The notes below the pieces were generated by a model. That model worked only from the letters and a program-made list of their open reading frames with translations, did not search any database and was not told where the DNA came from. DNA of 64,000 nucleotides from Geosiphon pyriformis uo1 (taxonomy: Eukaryota; Fungi; Glomeromycota). Within the stretch, counting starts at the first letter, position 1. Each line of letters starts with the position of its first letter. Where the stretch lies: contig JAAOMT010000276.1 of NCBI GenBank assembly GCA_016748015.1, positions 496,001 through 560,000 of the forward strand, read 5' to 3'. A program made the translations under genes and the position numbers. Positions 62,476-64,000 of this stretch are shown piece by piece.

Positions 62476-63290
62476 TTTTTTTTTTTACTTTAGTTTAACA
62501 AATATGACCCAATAGCTATCTAAGTATATATAACATATACATATTACAAACTAGACACAATTTATGCACTTTTTACATGTGACCAATCACTTAAACCAGC
62601 CTAGATTACACTATAAGTCCACTACTATTGATAAATTATCACCCAAATCTGAAAAGATTAAACATTTAGAATGTGAACCAGAATATACATCTTTAATTTC
62701 ATCTGTACTAAGCAACACTACCACATTATTGTCTAAACCACTATTATTACTTACATCAACAGAGATCACACTACTATTGGCAAATACACATTTCATCTTT
62801 TTTATATAAACTTGGTGTTCAGATCTGCTGTACTATATCATGAATTGGTATGTTGATGTCAGATCTTTAACAAAAGACACCACTTTCTTACCAGCCAGCT
62901 TAAAACTACCAAAAGCATCTAAAGCTTTATGGCACCAACTAATAAGTACCAACTTCTTTACCAGATTCGAATAAAAACTAACATTATATATATTAGATAA
63001 AAGATTCTAGACAACCACAGAAGAATAAGCAATGATATTTAGTATCAACAACCACTTTTTACCAAACTCAACCAAAATCTTGTCATAAACTGTTTTATTA
63101 TAAGAACACTCAAAAACATGATCAAAAAAGTCAATCATGTCACAAAACAAATATTTAACACTCAGATAGAAACTACAATATAAACACTTCCAAACTGCTA
63201 TTAGCAAATATCTATACAATGTTTTTATAAAATAAGTACATAGAAAAGCCAACAAATAGCCTGTAGATCCAGAAGCCATGTATTCATCAA
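62476..63290 (-). mobile_element. 5'-truncated LINE: ORF2 C-terminus, 3' UTR and poly(A)
   Basis: ORF relics 63007-63279 (YLFCDMIDFFDHVFEC, zinc-knuckle-like C-terminus of LINE ORF2) and 62611-62796; stop at 62611; T-run 62476-62486. Confidence 0.75.
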
Positions 63291-64000
63291 ATATTATTTA
63301 TATAATAATAAATAAATAATATTAATAATTTTGTAAAAAAATATTACTTTTATATTATAAACAAAATAATAGACTAATAAATAACAAAAAATAATTATTA
63401 AAAATAATTAAAATATAAATTTACTAATATAATTAGTTTTAAAATTACAATTATTATTCTTTTTAAAATAAAATAATAATAAACTAGTTTTTTTTTGATT
63501 TTAAAATACTGTTTTTGTTTTTGGTTTAAAGTTTCTTTAAAAAAAATTATTTAGAACAATTTTAATATGATTTTTGTTTTATTTAAAAATTTTAAAGTAT
63601 TTAATATATTGGTTTTTAGTTAATTATTATTAGTTTTAATAACAAAACAAATTACAATTTTGTATATAATTTTATTTAATTAACTTATTAGTTTATTTGA
63701 TTTTAAAAATTAAACTAATTAAATAAAAATAAATTTTTTTTTGTTTTTTGGTAATATTGTTTTTAATAATAATTAAAAAATAATTATTAATTATTAAAAT
63801 TTTTTTAGATAAATAACTTTTATTTTAATATTTAATTCTTTTTTAAAATTAAATTGGTTTATATTAAAATTGTTTTTTAATTTATATATGATTTTATTAT
63901 GTAAAATTAATTTTTAAAGATATTAAACTGTTTTATATAGAATTTATAGTTTAAATTTTTTAAATACTGTTATGTTAAATTGGTTTTATTAATTATATTT

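Overview
Very AT-rich eukaryotic DNA. The Sel1-repeat kinase, ~80-nt GT-AG introns and transposon families point to a Glomeromycotina (arbuscular mycorrhizal / Geosiphon-like) fungus; this is my inference. About 75-80% of the window is nested, decayed transposons. These are: five copies or fragments of one Ty3/Gypsy family ('A', minus strand); one structurally complete ~9.9-kb Gypsy element ('B', 36185-46089, ATGT target-site duplication [TSD]) with a dUTPase and an extra 3' ORF; several related solo LTRs ('C') plus a truncated related element ('D'); two LINE relics; an ORF1-only LINE-like element; and a pogo-like DDE transposase relic. Host genes sit in two CpG-retaining islands. The first holds a single-exon SUN-domain gene (15501-18200, +) and a convergent two-exon orphan gene whose promoter has MCB/SCB-like boxes (18698-19356, -). 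The second holds a Sel1-repeat + protein-kinase gene (56733-60522, -) with two nonsense codons and a lost 3' end. The most notable signals are: (1) near-exclusive C>T/G>A decay of transposons in all dinucleotide contexts; (2) an ORF1-only retroposon sharing its 3' tail with an RT-encoding LINE; (3) independent LTR insertions at the same base of family-A 5' LTRs; (4) an accessory ORF3 in two Gypsy families; (5) a homogenised 108-bp Sel1 array with recombining variable positions. All alignments and counts were done by eye, so coordinates of decayed elements are approximate.
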